A model generated the notes under the pieces. The model was given only the letters and a program-made list of their open reading frames with translations. It made no database searches and was not told where the DNA came from. A stretch of DNA of 42,668 nt from an uncultured Eubacteriales bacterium (GTDB lineage Bacteria > Bacillota > Clostridia > Christensenellales > Aristaeellaceae). The number at the start of each line of letters is the position of its first letter. The stretch's first letter is position 1. Made by a program: the position numbers and the translations under genes. Positions 10,785-19,339 of the stretch are shown piece after piece. The stretch is from positions 1 through 42,668 of the forward strand of contig CADAGW010000001.1 in assembly GCA_902787475.1 (NCBI GenBank). The letters are read 5' to 3'.

Positions 10785-12506
10785 ATGCCAGTTCTTCGGA
10801 AATGGATCGCGCTGACGCTGGCCGTGGCGCTGGCGGCGGCTTTGCCCGTTGGGGCATCGGCCACGGATGACTACTGGTCTGGACCTGAAGAGTATTACCC
10901 CCACTTGGATCCATGGGAAGTGCAGTTTCCCCCGGTGCCGGAGGTTCGCTACGCGGTATATCACCGGGTCGGCTCCGTGCTGGACGCGGGCGCTTTCGCC
11001 CAGGCCCTTTGGGACGGCAAGCCCCATTGGCACAGAACCATCGGCGATATACAGGTGTACGGCATAGAAGCCCGGGACAACCCCTGGATCTCTCTTCCCG
11101 CTACTATGGTGATGAAGGAGGGTGAGCTCCAATACCAGGTGGAAGGCAACATATTTGAAGCAACCTATGATATGGTGGATCCCTCCGACTGTACCGCATG
11201 GATGGAGAAGATGTTCGCCTCCGACGCCCTCGCGCCCTATGTCGCTCTCTATGCGGGATGGACATACGAAGACGACTGGTACGCCAGCTGTTATGTGCAC
11301 TATCAGCAGGAGGCAGAGGGCGGCATCGGCCTGTTTGGCTCCGGCATCACCGCCCGGGTATGCTCCGAAGGCCCCTGGACCATGTCTGTGCGATGGGACA
11401 AGTATCACCCCGACGCGGGAGTGCCTGTGCCCGAGTATCTCTCCGCCCGGGAGGCCGTGGAACGATACAACCAGGTCTGCGACGATTACAGCATACGAGT
11501 AGACAGGCATATCACCTGGGCCATTCATGACATACGCCCCGTATATTCCGATCAATTCGGCCCAGAGGGAACATACCGCCTGTGCTGGCAGCTCCAGGTG
11601 GATGATGGTTTTGATGATGAGTTCGTCTGGTTCGCCTTAGTGGACGCGGAAACAGGCAAGGTCTGGGAAGATTGGCGCGATCTGTACGCGGAAAAGCGGA
11701 AGCCCGTTTCGACCGGCCCCTATTTTCTTTTTCATACTGTGGCGACCCCTGTCCCGGATTATGGGGAATACGCCCTGTCCCCCGCCTCCATCGACCCGGA
11801 AGCCGTGGCCCGGGCCCTGTGGGGAGACGCTGGCTGGACAGCAGAATCAAAGAACGGCCTGGAGACGTATTCCATATCTCCCCAGTTCAATCCCTGTGGG
11901 CCATATGGCGCCAGTCTCACATACGATCCCGGCGAGTGCCTGCTCCATTATCGGGCGCTGGATCTGAACGATGCGCTGAACGGGGAAAGCGATTATTATT
12001 ACTGGCCGGATGTGCTGGAGAGCTGGTTCGGTTCCAGGGGCCTTCTCGACATGTTTGGACTGAGCGAACTGGACAACGCTTGGTCCGAAGACATATATGC
12101 CAACGGAGGGCCATGGAATACCGACTCGCAATGGGAAAAGCGGATCATCTACCTGGAGCCCGAGGTGGAGTGCGGTATATTGGCCGATGGATTTGGCCTG
12201 GCAGTGGAGCTGCGTGAAAATGGGCCTGTGGAATTTACCGTCCGACTGGCAGAATACACCCCTCTCGAGGGGATCAACCCGGGGCCATACCTGTCCGCCC
12301 GGGAGGCCTGCGACCTGCTGAACCAGTACGCCATGCAGTATGAAGGCTGGGAAGATATCTGGGGGAGTGGCGATGATTGGATGCCCGTATACACCACCCT
12401 GTTTTCTCCCGAAACGTACCGGTTGGCATGGCGACTGGATACTGGTTACGACGTTTTATACGTAGACGCCTCCACGGGAAGCATATATGACAAAAACGGG
12501 CCGTAA
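10785..12506 (+). CDS. Secreted protein with an internal two-fold duplication; each half ends in a PepSY-like module
   Basis: Signal peptide MPVLRKWIALTLAVALAAALPVGASA from ATG 10785 (GGGAGG RBS). The halves share AFAQALWDGKPHW/AVARALWGDAGW, PEYLSAREAVERYNQ/GPYLSAREACDLLNQ, TYRLCWQL/TYRLAWRL and VDAETGKV/VDASTGSI. Confidence 0.7.
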   Translation: MPVLRKWIALTLAVALAAALPVGASATDDYWSGPEEYYPHLDPWEVQFPPVPEVRYAVYHRVGSVLDAGAFAQALWDGKPHWHRTIGDIQVYGIEARDNPWISLPATMVMKEGELQYQVEGNIFEATYDMVDPSDCTAWMEKMFASDALAPYVALYAGWTYEDDWYASCYVHYQQEAEGGIGLFGSGITARVCSEGPWTMSVRWDKYHPDAGVPVPEYLSAREAVERYNQVCDDYSIRVDRHITWAIHDIRPVYSDQFGPEGTYRLCWQLQVDDGFDDEFVWFALVDAETGKVWEDWRDLYAEKRKPVSTGPYFLFHTVATPVPDYGEYALSPASIDPEAVARALWGDAGWTAESKNGLETYSISPQFNPCGPYGASLTYDPGECLLHYRALDLNDALNGESDYYYWPDVLESWFGSRGLLDMFGLSELDNAWSEDIYANGGPWNTDSQWEKRIIYLEPEVECGILADGFGLAVELRENGPVEFTVRLAEYTPLEGINPGPYLSAREACDLLNQYAMQYEGWEDIWGSGDDWMPVYTTLFSPETYRLAWRLDTGYDVLYVDASTGSIYDKNGP

Positions 12507-12514
12507 CAGGGTCC

Positions 12515-12560
12515 GAATGAAGAGAAACAGCCGGAGGCCTCATGCTCGGTCTCCGGCTGT
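12515..12560 (-). terminator. Terminator hairpin between convergent genes
   Basis: Stem aacagccggag / ctccggctgt. On the minus strand it is followed by GTTTCTCTTC. Confidence 0.5.
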
Positions 12561-12575
12561 CTGCGCTGTCTGGGG

Positions 12576-12866
12576 TTATTCCTCCTCGGGGGTGTCGTCG
12601 TCCTCGTCGGCGGTGGTGTAGGCGTCGAAGAGCTCCTGGGACAGGTCGTCGTCCACGGGGTTGAACTCCACCTCGTCGCCCTCCAGGGGGGTCACCTGCA
12701 TGAAGAAGATCTCCTGATCCTCGTCCTCGGCGGGCTCGTCCTCGGTGTAGTCGGCCATCACGGCGTATTCCTCGCCGTTGAAGAAGAAGTAATCCAGCAC
12801 CTCCACCATGGAGGTATTGCCCTCGTCGTCGGTCACGTCGAAGATCTCGCGCTCGTTGTTGTCCAT
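12576..12866 (-). CDS. DUF1292 family protein
   Basis: Small acidic protein reading FDVTDDEGNTSMVEVLDYFFFNGEEYAVM...FFMQV, the typical DUF1292 layout. Confidence 0.8.
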   Translation of the reverse strand: MDNNEREIFDVTDDEGNTSMVEVLDYFFFNGEEYAVMADYTEDEPAEDEDQEIFFMQVTPLEGDEVEFNPVDDDLSQELFDAYTTADEDDDTPEEE

Positions 12867-12867
12867 G

Positions 12868-13173
12868 TCATTTTCCTCCTCGTCTTTCAGACAGTTTCAC
12901 CCGGGAACCGTCGGGATATTCCACATAGGTATTGTCCAATTGCTGGGCGAAGGCCAGCCGGAACTCCGCCAGAAACTCCTTGCGCAGCCTGGCCCGCTCG
13001 GTCTGCTCGGACAGGGTGAGGGGCCGCTGGCGGGAGAGGGCGGTCAGCTCGTTGATGCGGGCGATGCGCACCATGCGGGCCCGCTCTTCCTTTTCCCACT
13101 GGGTCAGCTCCCGCTCCTTGGCGATGCGGTCGAATTCCGCGATCTTGTCCAGCGCCTGCTTCGTGTCTGCCAT
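12868..13173 (-). CDS. DUF896 (UPF0291) family protein
   Basis: RINELTALSRQRPLTLSEQTERARLRKEFLAEFR motif. The ATG at 13173 has GGAG 6 nt upstream; the alternative start at 13185 has a weaker RBS. Confidence 0.7.
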   Translation of the reverse strand: MADTKQALDKIAEFDRIAKERELTQWEKEERARMVRIARINELTALSRQRPLTLSEQTERARLRKEFLAEFRLAFAQQLDNTYVEYPDGSRVKLSERRGGK

Positions 13174-13306
13174 AGTATGCTCCATTTTCTTTGATTGGAT
13201 AGAAGGAATTCGCCCATCCTCCGTCGAATTCCTGCATAGAAATCCTGGAAAACAAGTATTTTACGGAAAATTCCCCGTGGGATTTCCCGGGCGAAAGGAG
13301 TCTTTC

Positions 13307-14947
13307 ATGGAATATATTTTGGACGGCGCCACCCTGCCCGCCGCCGGGACGTACAAAATCGGGGCGGACGCCCTGTATGGCGATGAGGCCAAGCGGGTGC
13401 TGGCGGTGCGGATCGGCGGCGAGACCCTGCCGCTGACCGACACGCCCCGCACCGGCGAGACGGCGGAGAGCATCACATACGAGAGCGAGGAGGGCCGCCG
13501 CATATACGAGCGGAGCGTGCGGTTCGTGTTCCTCCTGGCGGCCAGACGCCTGTTCCCGGGCAAGCGGGTCAGGCTCGAGCACTCCATGGGCCACGGGGTG
13601 TACGCCACCATAGACGCGGGGCATCCCCTGACGGCGGGAAAGGTGGCGGCCCTTGAAAAGGAGATGCGCAAAATCGTAGAGGACGATCTGCCCTTCGACC
13701 TGCGGTTTTTGTCCCGTGACGACGCCATCGCCTATTTCCAGGCGGACGGGCAGACGGACAAGGTGGAGCTGCTCAAATGCCGGCCCTACGAGCACTTCCA
13801 GCTGTATGAATGCGGCGGGATGTATGAATATTTTTACGGGGTGATGGTGCCCTCCACCGGGTATCTGCCCCAGTTCAAGCTGCAGTTTTATCTGCCGGGG
13901 CTGGTGATCCTGCTGCCCCGGCCCGACGGCCAGATGCCGCCCTTTCAGGACATGCCCAAGCTGGCGGCCACCTTCGCCAAGACGGCCCGGTGGAACCGGA
14001 TCCTCCGGTGCGCCAACGTGGCGGATCTCAACCGCATGACCCGGGAGAGGACGCTCCGGGAGCTGATCCGGGTCAGCGAGGCCCTGCACGAAAAGTCCGT
14101 CAGCGCCATCGCGGATCAGTTTGTGGACAGCGGGGCCCGGGTGATCCTGATCGCCGGGCCGTCCTCCTCGGGCAAGACCACCTTCGCTCACCGGCTGTCC
14201 ATCGCCCTGAGGGTGAACGGCCTGGAGCCGGTGAAGCTGTCGCTGGACGATTATTATCTCAACCGGGACCAGATCCCCCGGGACGAGAACGGCGAGGTGG
14301 ATCTGGAGCGGCTGGACACGCTGGACGTGCCCCTGTTCAACGAGCACCTGGTGGAGCTTTTGCAGGGGGCCGAGGTGGAAACGCCCACCTTCGACTTTAA
14401 GACCGGGCGGCGGGCGGAAGAGACCCATAAGATGAAGATACGGCCCGACCAGCCCATACTGATCGAGGGGATCCACGGGCTCAACGACTCGCTGACCAGC
14501 GAGGTGGCCCGGCGGATGAAGTTTAAGATATACATCAGCGCCCTGACCGCCCTGAACCTGGACGACCACAACCGCATCCGCACCACGGACGCCCGGCTTT
14601 TGCGCCGGCTGGTGCGGGATCACCTGTTCCGGGGCACGCCGCCGGAGGAGACGCTGGCCATGTGGGGCAGCGTGCGGCGGGGCGAGGAGGCCTACATATT
14701 CCCCTATCAGGAGGAGGCGGACGTGATGTTCAATTCCTCGCTGGTGTACGAGCTGTGCATACTCAAGAAGTACATCTACCCCATGCTCTCCGCCATGAAG
14801 CCGGAGCATCCCCAGTATACCCTGGCCAAGCGGCTGGTCAAGTTCCTCAACTACATCCAGACCTCCGACGTGGAGGACGAGATCCCGCCCAACTCCATAC
14901 TGCGGGAATTCATCGGCGGATGCTGTTTTTACAAAAACCTTGATTAA
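13307..14947 (+). CDS. Long uridine-kinase-like nucleoside kinase (N-terminal TGS/ThrRS-like region plus P-loop kinase)
   Basis: Walker A IAGPSSSGKTTFAHRL, then EGIHGLN and RTTDARLLRRLVRD as in Udk/PRK-type kinases. Start at the internal ATG 13307 with an AAAGGAG RBS. Confidence 0.75.
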   Translation: MEYILDGATLPAAGTYKIGADALYGDEAKRVLAVRIGGETLPLTDTPRTGETAESITYESEEGRRIYERSVRFVFLLAARRLFPGKRVRLEHSMGHGVYATIDAGHPLTAGKVAALEKEMRKIVEDDLPFDLRFLSRDDAIAYFQADGQTDKVELLKCRPYEHFQLYECGGMYEYFYGVMVPSTGYLPQFKLQFYLPGLVILLPRPDGQMPPFQDMPKLAATFAKTARWNRILRCANVADLNRMTRERTLRELIRVSEALHEKSVSAIADQFVDSGARVILIAGPSSSGKTTFAHRLSIALRVNGLEPVKLSLDDYYLNRDQIPRDENGEVDLERLDTLDVPLFNEHLVELLQGAEVETPTFDFKTGRRAEETHKMKIRPDQPILIEGIHGLNDSLTSEVARRMKFKIYISALTALNLDDHNRIRTTDARLLRRLVRDHLFRGTPPEETLAMWGSVRRGEEAYIFPYQEEADVMFNSSLVYELCILKKYIYPMLSAMKPEHPQYTLAKRLVKFLNYIQTSDVEDEIPPNSILREFIGGCCFYKNLD

Positions 14948-14953
14948 AAACCG

Positions 14954-14994
14954 CCCTCCCTGCGCACAATACCAGCGCAAGGGAGGGATTTTTT
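14954..14994 (+). terminator. Rho-independent terminator whose 3' arm contains the RBS of the next gene
   Basis: Stem ccctccc-tgcgc / gcgcaagggaggg followed by TTTTTT, which runs straight into the ATG at 14995. Confidence 0.6.
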
Positions 14995-15546
14995 ATGAGA
15001 AACCACAAAATATGGAGCCTGATGCTGGCCGCGGCCATGACGCTGTGGCTGATGAGCGGCTGCTCCGCCAGCCGGAACGCCGCCGCGGAGATCGAACCCA
15101 CTTTGGCCCCCGCGCCCACCGCGCCCTTTGTGACGCCCATGCCCACGGGCGGCCCGGCCCCCACCCAGGGGCAGGACACCGATAACAGCCAGGCCAGCGC
15201 CCCCACGCCCATGAACTGGATGCTCCGGGCCGGGGAGGTGGAGGACCGGATCCGCATGTTCTCCGAGATCGAGACCGCCGCGGTGGTGGTGGACGGGGCC
15301 GTGGCCCTGGCGGGCATCACCTTTGACGGGGCCTATCAGGGCCAGCTGACAGAGCGCATACACGACATGGTGGCCGGGGAGATCCAGGCCGCCGACCCGG
15401 CCATACAGACCGTGGGCGTCACCAACGAGGCCGAGGACGTGGCCGCCATACAGACCCTGGCCGCCCAGATCCGCACCGGGGCCAGCCCCCAGGATCTCTC
15501 TGAACGGGTCAGGTCCATACTGACCAACCAGACCACCATGAAGTAA
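14995..15546 (+). CDS. YhcN/YlaJ-like sporulation lipoprotein
   Basis: Lipobox LMSGC, a P/T-rich linker, then IETAAVVVDGAVALAGITF...IQTVGVTNEAEDV...IRTGASP, the typical family pattern. Confidence 0.65.
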   Translation: MRNHKIWSLMLAAAMTLWLMSGCSASRNAAAEIEPTLAPAPTAPFVTPMPTGGPAPTQGQDTDNSQASAPTPMNWMLRAGEVEDRIRMFSEIETAAVVVDGAVALAGITFDGAYQGQLTERIHDMVAGEIQAADPAIQTVGVTNEAEDVAAIQTLAAQIRTGASPQDLSERVRSILTNQTTMK

Positions 15547-15633
15547 TACAGGAACGCTGGGGCCTCCCCGGCCCCAGACCCCGGCCAAAGGGACAAGTCC
15601 CTTTGGAATCCCATCTTCCGCCTTCGGCGGGGA
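15547..15633 (+). repeat. Copy A (short form) of a structured gene-3'-end repeat family
   Basis: Shares gaacgctggggcctcccc and gccaaagggac-N-gtccctttggaatccca-N-ttccgccttcggcgggg with copies at 30960..31166 (reverse) and 42464..42668. It lacks the 111-nt core. Confidence 0.7.
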
Positions 15634-15657
15634 TATGATAATGGACTGCAGTGGCAA

Positions 15658-15699
15658 GCAAAAACGGACAGGCGCTGTATGCGCGCTTGTCCGCTTTGC
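15658..15699 (-). terminator. Long hairpin terminator after the ComEA-like gene (may act bidirectionally)
   Basis: Stem cggacaggcgc / gcgcgcttgtccg with an outer gcaaa/tttgc extension. On the minus strand it is followed by TTTTTGCTT. Confidence 0.6.
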
Positions 15700-15703
15700 T
15701 GTG

Positions 15704-16474
15704 TCACGGGCCGATCCATATGGTTTCCAGCTCCTGGGAGCGGAGAGAGCGGTACATGGGCCAAAGGTCGTCCCTCTCAACGCCCTCCAGGGTCAATACG
15801 TCCTCTATGTCCGTGAAGGGGCCAATCCGCTTCCGGTGGGTGAGGATTTTGACAGCCAGGGTCTCTCCGATCCGGGGACAGCGCACCATCCTCTCCAGCG
15901 GGGCCGTGTTCATGTAGAGGAGGAAGGCCTCCGCGTCCTTTGGATCCGGGAAGGGATCATCGGTGGTCTCCGCCTCCGCCCACGGGGCGGGATCGGGCAC
16001 GGAATGGGCCGTGGACGGCGTAACCGCCGGGGCCAGCGTGGGCATGGGAGTGGGGACGGGCGTCGAAGCGAGCGTGGGTGAAGGGATCAACGTCACCGCG
16101 GGCGACTCGGTAGGCTCCGCCTCCGGCACGTCCCCGGCGAATATGTAGGGCTTGAGGGCGTCCAGCTTGCCCTCCCCTATGCCCGGCACCCGCAACAGGT
16201 CGTCCGCGTCCCGGTAGGGCCCGTGCTCCTCCCGCTCCGCCACGATCCGCCCGGCCAGGGACGAGCCCAGCCCCGGCAGACCGGAGAGCAGATCCTGCCC
16301 GGCCCGGTTCACGTCCACCCGGCCGTCCACCACCGCCGGATCCTCCGGCAGGGCCCGGGGCCGCAGGGTATGTCTTTCCAGGTTCCACCACTGCACCGCC
16401 AAAGCCGCCAGCACCAGCGCCGCCAGCAGGCCGTACATCAGCGCCCGGTTTCTCTTCTCTCCCCCGCTCTTCAT
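15704..16474 (-). CDS. ComEA-like helix-hairpin-helix DNA-binding protein (two HhH modules)
   Basis: N-terminal TM helix, VDVNRAGQDLLSGLPGLGSSLAGRIV...LLRVPGIGEGKL, a P/T-rich linker, then a second HhH-like module MNTAPLERMVRCPRIGETLAVKIL. Confidence 0.7.
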   Translation of the reverse strand: MKSGGEKRNRALMYGLLAALVLAALAVQWWNLERHTLRPRALPEDPAVVDGRVDVNRAGQDLLSGLPGLGSSLAGRIVAEREEHGPYRDADDLLRVPGIGEGKLDALKPYIFAGDVPEAEPTESPAVTLIPSPTLASTPVPTPMPTLAPAVTPSTAHSVPDPAPWAEAETTDDPFPDPKDAEAFLLYMNTAPLERMVRCPRIGETLAVKILTHRKRIGPFTDIEDVLTLEGVERDDLWPMYRSLRSQELETIWIGP

Positions 16475-16483
16475 CCGCGCCCC

Positions 16484-17935
16484 CTACCGGCTCTGGGCCA
16501 TGCCCTCGTTGTAGTACAGCGGGGACAGAAGGGAGATCTCCGACAGAAAGGTCTCCTTCACCCTGCCGTCCACGTAGAAGCGGACCCGGGACACGTCCCG
16601 TATGCCGCAGAGGGTGTCCACCATAGCGTAGATCAGGTTCCGCTCCGACTGGGCGCTGAGCCCGGCGCACTTGGTGATAAAATCGGAGGACAGGTTCACC
16701 CGGGCCTCCCGGCCCGACAGGGACACGCCCAGTATGTCGTCCTCGGCGGACACCGTGTCCGGCGCCACCCGGAAAGCCCCCGTCTCCCACACCTGGGGCC
16801 CGGAGAGCACCTGGGATAGGCGGGTCAGGGGATTGGACTCCGCACCGCCGGTCATGAGCCGGGTCACCGGAGCCAGCCGGTCTCCGGCGGCCAGATATAC
16901 CGTCACTGCCCGGGACCGTATGCGGGCGAAATGCTCCCACCTCATGGCCCCGTCCTCGAAGGTCAGGGGCTCGTTGGGGGATTCGATGCGGCCCACCCGG
17001 GCGTTGCCCACATAGATCTGCACCGTCTCCGCCTCGGGCAGGAACGAAAGCAGAGTGCAGGCGGCGCAGGCGTACATCTGCCAGGGCCGTATGGTCTCCG
17101 TCTCCAGCATGGCCAACAGGTTGGCGTCCATGGTGAGCCTGAGCACCCCGTCGCCCAGCCAGGCCGGGTCTTCCCGCACCGCGCCCTCGTCCGAGGGGAA
17201 GGCGGAGAAGGTGCCGCTTAAGCCGCTGTCCTCCCTGAGAGCCGACAGAAGGGCCCGGATCTCCCCCTCCCGGGCGAGCCGCACCTCCATCAGCTCCGGG
17301 GCCACGCTGCCCCCGTCCATGGCCGCCCGATAGACCAGCGCCTGCCTCACGCACTCGTCCTCGTCGCTCTCCAGCATATACCGAGCCCACAGTCCGGTCA
17401 GATCGCCCCCCGGCGGGGTCACGGCCCCCAGGGGCCAGCCCAATACCCTTGCCGCCCGGCCGTTGACCCGGAAGGACACTGCCTCTGCCCCCAGTCCGCC
17501 CAGGGTGTTGGCGCTGGCCATCAGCAGAGCGAACACGGCCCGTTCACCGGCGCCGTCCGCCACCTGCCAGTCCACCACCGCCAGGCTGTCTCCGGTACTC
17601 TCGGCCCCCAGAAGGGCCGCCCCCTCCGGGAATCGGGCGCCGCCCAGGGCCAGCATCCGTTCAAGGGCCGCCCGGTAGAGCTCGCTCTCGCTGGCCCCCT
17701 CCACCTTATAGGTCTGCTGGCTCAGCCTGTCGCCGGTCTCCCCGGGATACCAGATCACCGCGTCGGCGCTGCGGGAGACGGGGGTATAGCCCACCGGAGC
17801 CTCCGGCACCTGGGACAGATCCGCCGTGGGCAGGGCCGCCACGTCCCGGGACAGATCCACCCGGGGCAGGCATCCGGTCAGCGCCAGCGCCAGCACCAGG
17901 GCGCAGGCCATCATCGCCAATCTCTTCATGCGCAC
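16484..17935 (-). CDS. GerM/GerMN-domain-like lipoprotein
   Basis: Lipobox LALTGC. Two repeated modules end in ...VSFRVNGR and ...VRFYVDGR, as in GerMN domains. The gene overlaps the kinase stop by 10 nt. Confidence 0.6.
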   Translation of the reverse strand: MRMKRLAMMACALVLALALTGCLPRVDLSRDVAALPTADLSQVPEAPVGYTPVSRSADAVIWYPGETGDRLSQQTYKVEGASESELYRAALERMLALGGARFPEGAALLGAESTGDSLAVVDWQVADGAGERAVFALLMASANTLGGLGAEAVSFRVNGRAARVLGWPLGAVTPPGGDLTGLWARYMLESDEDECVRQALVYRAAMDGGSVAPELMEVRLAREGEIRALLSALREDSGLSGTFSAFPSDEGAVREDPAWLGDGVLRLTMDANLLAMLETETIRPWQMYACAACTLLSFLPEAETVQIYVGNARVGRIESPNEPLTFEDGAMRWEHFARIRSRAVTVYLAAGDRLAPVTRLMTGGAESNPLTRLSQVLSGPQVWETGAFRVAPDTVSAEDDILGVSLSGREARVNLSSDFITKCAGLSAQSERNLIYAMVDTLCGIRDVSRVRFYVDGRVKETFLSEISLLSPLYYNEGMAQSR

Positions 17936-19293
17936 GGCAGCTCCACCGTGAAGGTTGAGCCCTTGCCCTCCTCGCTCTTTACGTATACGTCGCCCTTGTG
18001 CTGCCGCACCACCTGCTTGACAATGGCCAGGCCCAGACCCGTGCCCCCCGTCTCCCGGGCGCGGGTCTTGTCCACCCGGTAAAAGCGGGTGAATATCAGA
18101 TCCCTGTCCTGGGCAGGTATGCCCACGCCGTTGTCTGTGATGCGGAATATGGCCTTTTTGCCGGTGCGGGACAGCTCCATGCGCACCTGCCCGCCCCGGG
18201 GGGTGTACTTGATGGCGTTGTCGATGAGGTTGTAAAACACCTGGCTCAGCTTCGTGGCGTTGCCGGTCATGGTGATCTGATCCCGGATCAGGCAGTTCAT
18301 CTCGATGCCCTTTTCCCGGGCCAGGGGCAAAAGCCGGCTCACCGTGTCGGACACCACGTCGCTCAGCTGCACCTCGCTCATCTTCATAGGGGTGTCGCTG
18401 CTGTCCATGTGCACCAGGGTCAACAGATCCCCTATGATGACGCTGAGCCGGTCGATCTCCTTATTGATGTCCCCCAGGAACTCCTTGGCCAGGGCCGTGT
18501 CCATGGGATCCTGGTAAAGAAGGGTCTCGATGAGGATCTTCATGGTGCTCAGGGGGGTCTTCAGCTCGTGAGACGCGTCGGATACGAACTGGTTGCGGGT
18601 GTTGTTCAGGGTCTCCAGGTTCTCCACCATGTCGTTGAAGGCCTTGGCCAGCTCGGAAAACTCGTTGTTGCCCTTGACCTCCACCCGGGCCTTCATGTCG
18701 CCTCCGGTGATCTTGGCGATCCCCTCGCTGAGCCGGTCCACGGGCCGGGTGAAGCGGCGCATGAGGAAGGCCGTGAGCACGCACACCGCCGTCACCGCCA
18801 CCAGGGCCAAAAGCAGGGCCCGCATCTGGAACCAGAACAGATCCTTATACAGCGGGTCGGCGGGAGAGATATACACCAGCGCGCCGCCGGAGGACAGCGG
18901 GGCGGCGTAGAGTATGGACAGGCCCAATTCGCCCGAGGAGATCAAAAGCCGCCAGTAGGTGGGCTGGCCGGAATCGGCGTACCAGCCCAGGGCGCTTTCT
19001 CCCGCCAGGGCCTGGGCCACCTCGCTGGTGGCCAGCCGTCTGCCGTCGATCTTACTGCCCGAATCGGCCTGCACCACGCCCATTTCGTCCAAAATGAGGG
19101 CCCGGCCCTGGCCCAGGCCGGGCATATCCGTCATGTCCCGCCACAGGGACACGCCGCTTCTCCAGTTTTTCAGCTGCTGGGCGTACTCCAGGGTGCGGCT
19201 CTGCTCCTCCCGGATCTTGGCCTCCAGCATGTAGTTGCCCGCCTGGCGCAGCATATACACGCAGAGCGTAACAAAGGCGCCTACCGCGATCAA
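17926..19293 (-). CDS. Sensor histidine kinase (HAMP-HisKA-HATPase_c); true start possibly upstream
   Basis: H-box SHELKTPL, N-box NLIDNAIKYT, G-boxes DNGVGI and GGTGLGLAIV. The TTG start at 19293 leaves a short first TM helix, and the frame stays open upstream (see findings). Confidence 0.85.
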   Translation of the reverse strand: MIAVGAFVTLCVYMLRQAGNYMLEAKIREEQSRTLEYAQQLKNWRSGVSLWRDMTDMPGLGQGRALILDEMGVVQADSGSKIDGRRLATSEVAQALAGESALGWYADSGQPTYWRLLISSGELGLSILYAAPLSSGGALVYISPADPLYKDLFWFQMRALLLALVAVTAVCVLTAFLMRRFTRPVDRLSEGIAKITGGDMKARVEVKGNNEFSELAKAFNDMVENLETLNNTRNQFVSDASHELKTPLSTMKILIETLLYQDPMDTALAKEFLGDINKEIDRLSVIIGDLLTLVHMDSSDTPMKMSEVQLSDVVSDTVSRLLPLAREKGIEMNCLIRDQITMTGNATKLSQVFYNLIDNAIKYTPRGGQVRMELSRTGKKAIFRITDNGVGIPAQDRDLIFTRFYRVDKTRARETGGTGLGLAIVKQVVRQHKGDVYVKSEEGKGSTFTVELPCA

Positions 19294-19339
19294 CAGGTAG
19301 GCGACTGTGACTTTGAACCGGACGGAATGAAGCGCCCGG

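Noticed and set aside
15100-16090. A shared cccatgcccacg / TPMPT and TLAPA strings in the Pro/Thr linkers of the neighbouring lipoprotein and ComEA-like genes, as a possible sign of gene conversion.
   Set aside because: It is a 12-nt match within low-complexity P/T-rich linkers that use the same preferred codons, which is expected by chance.
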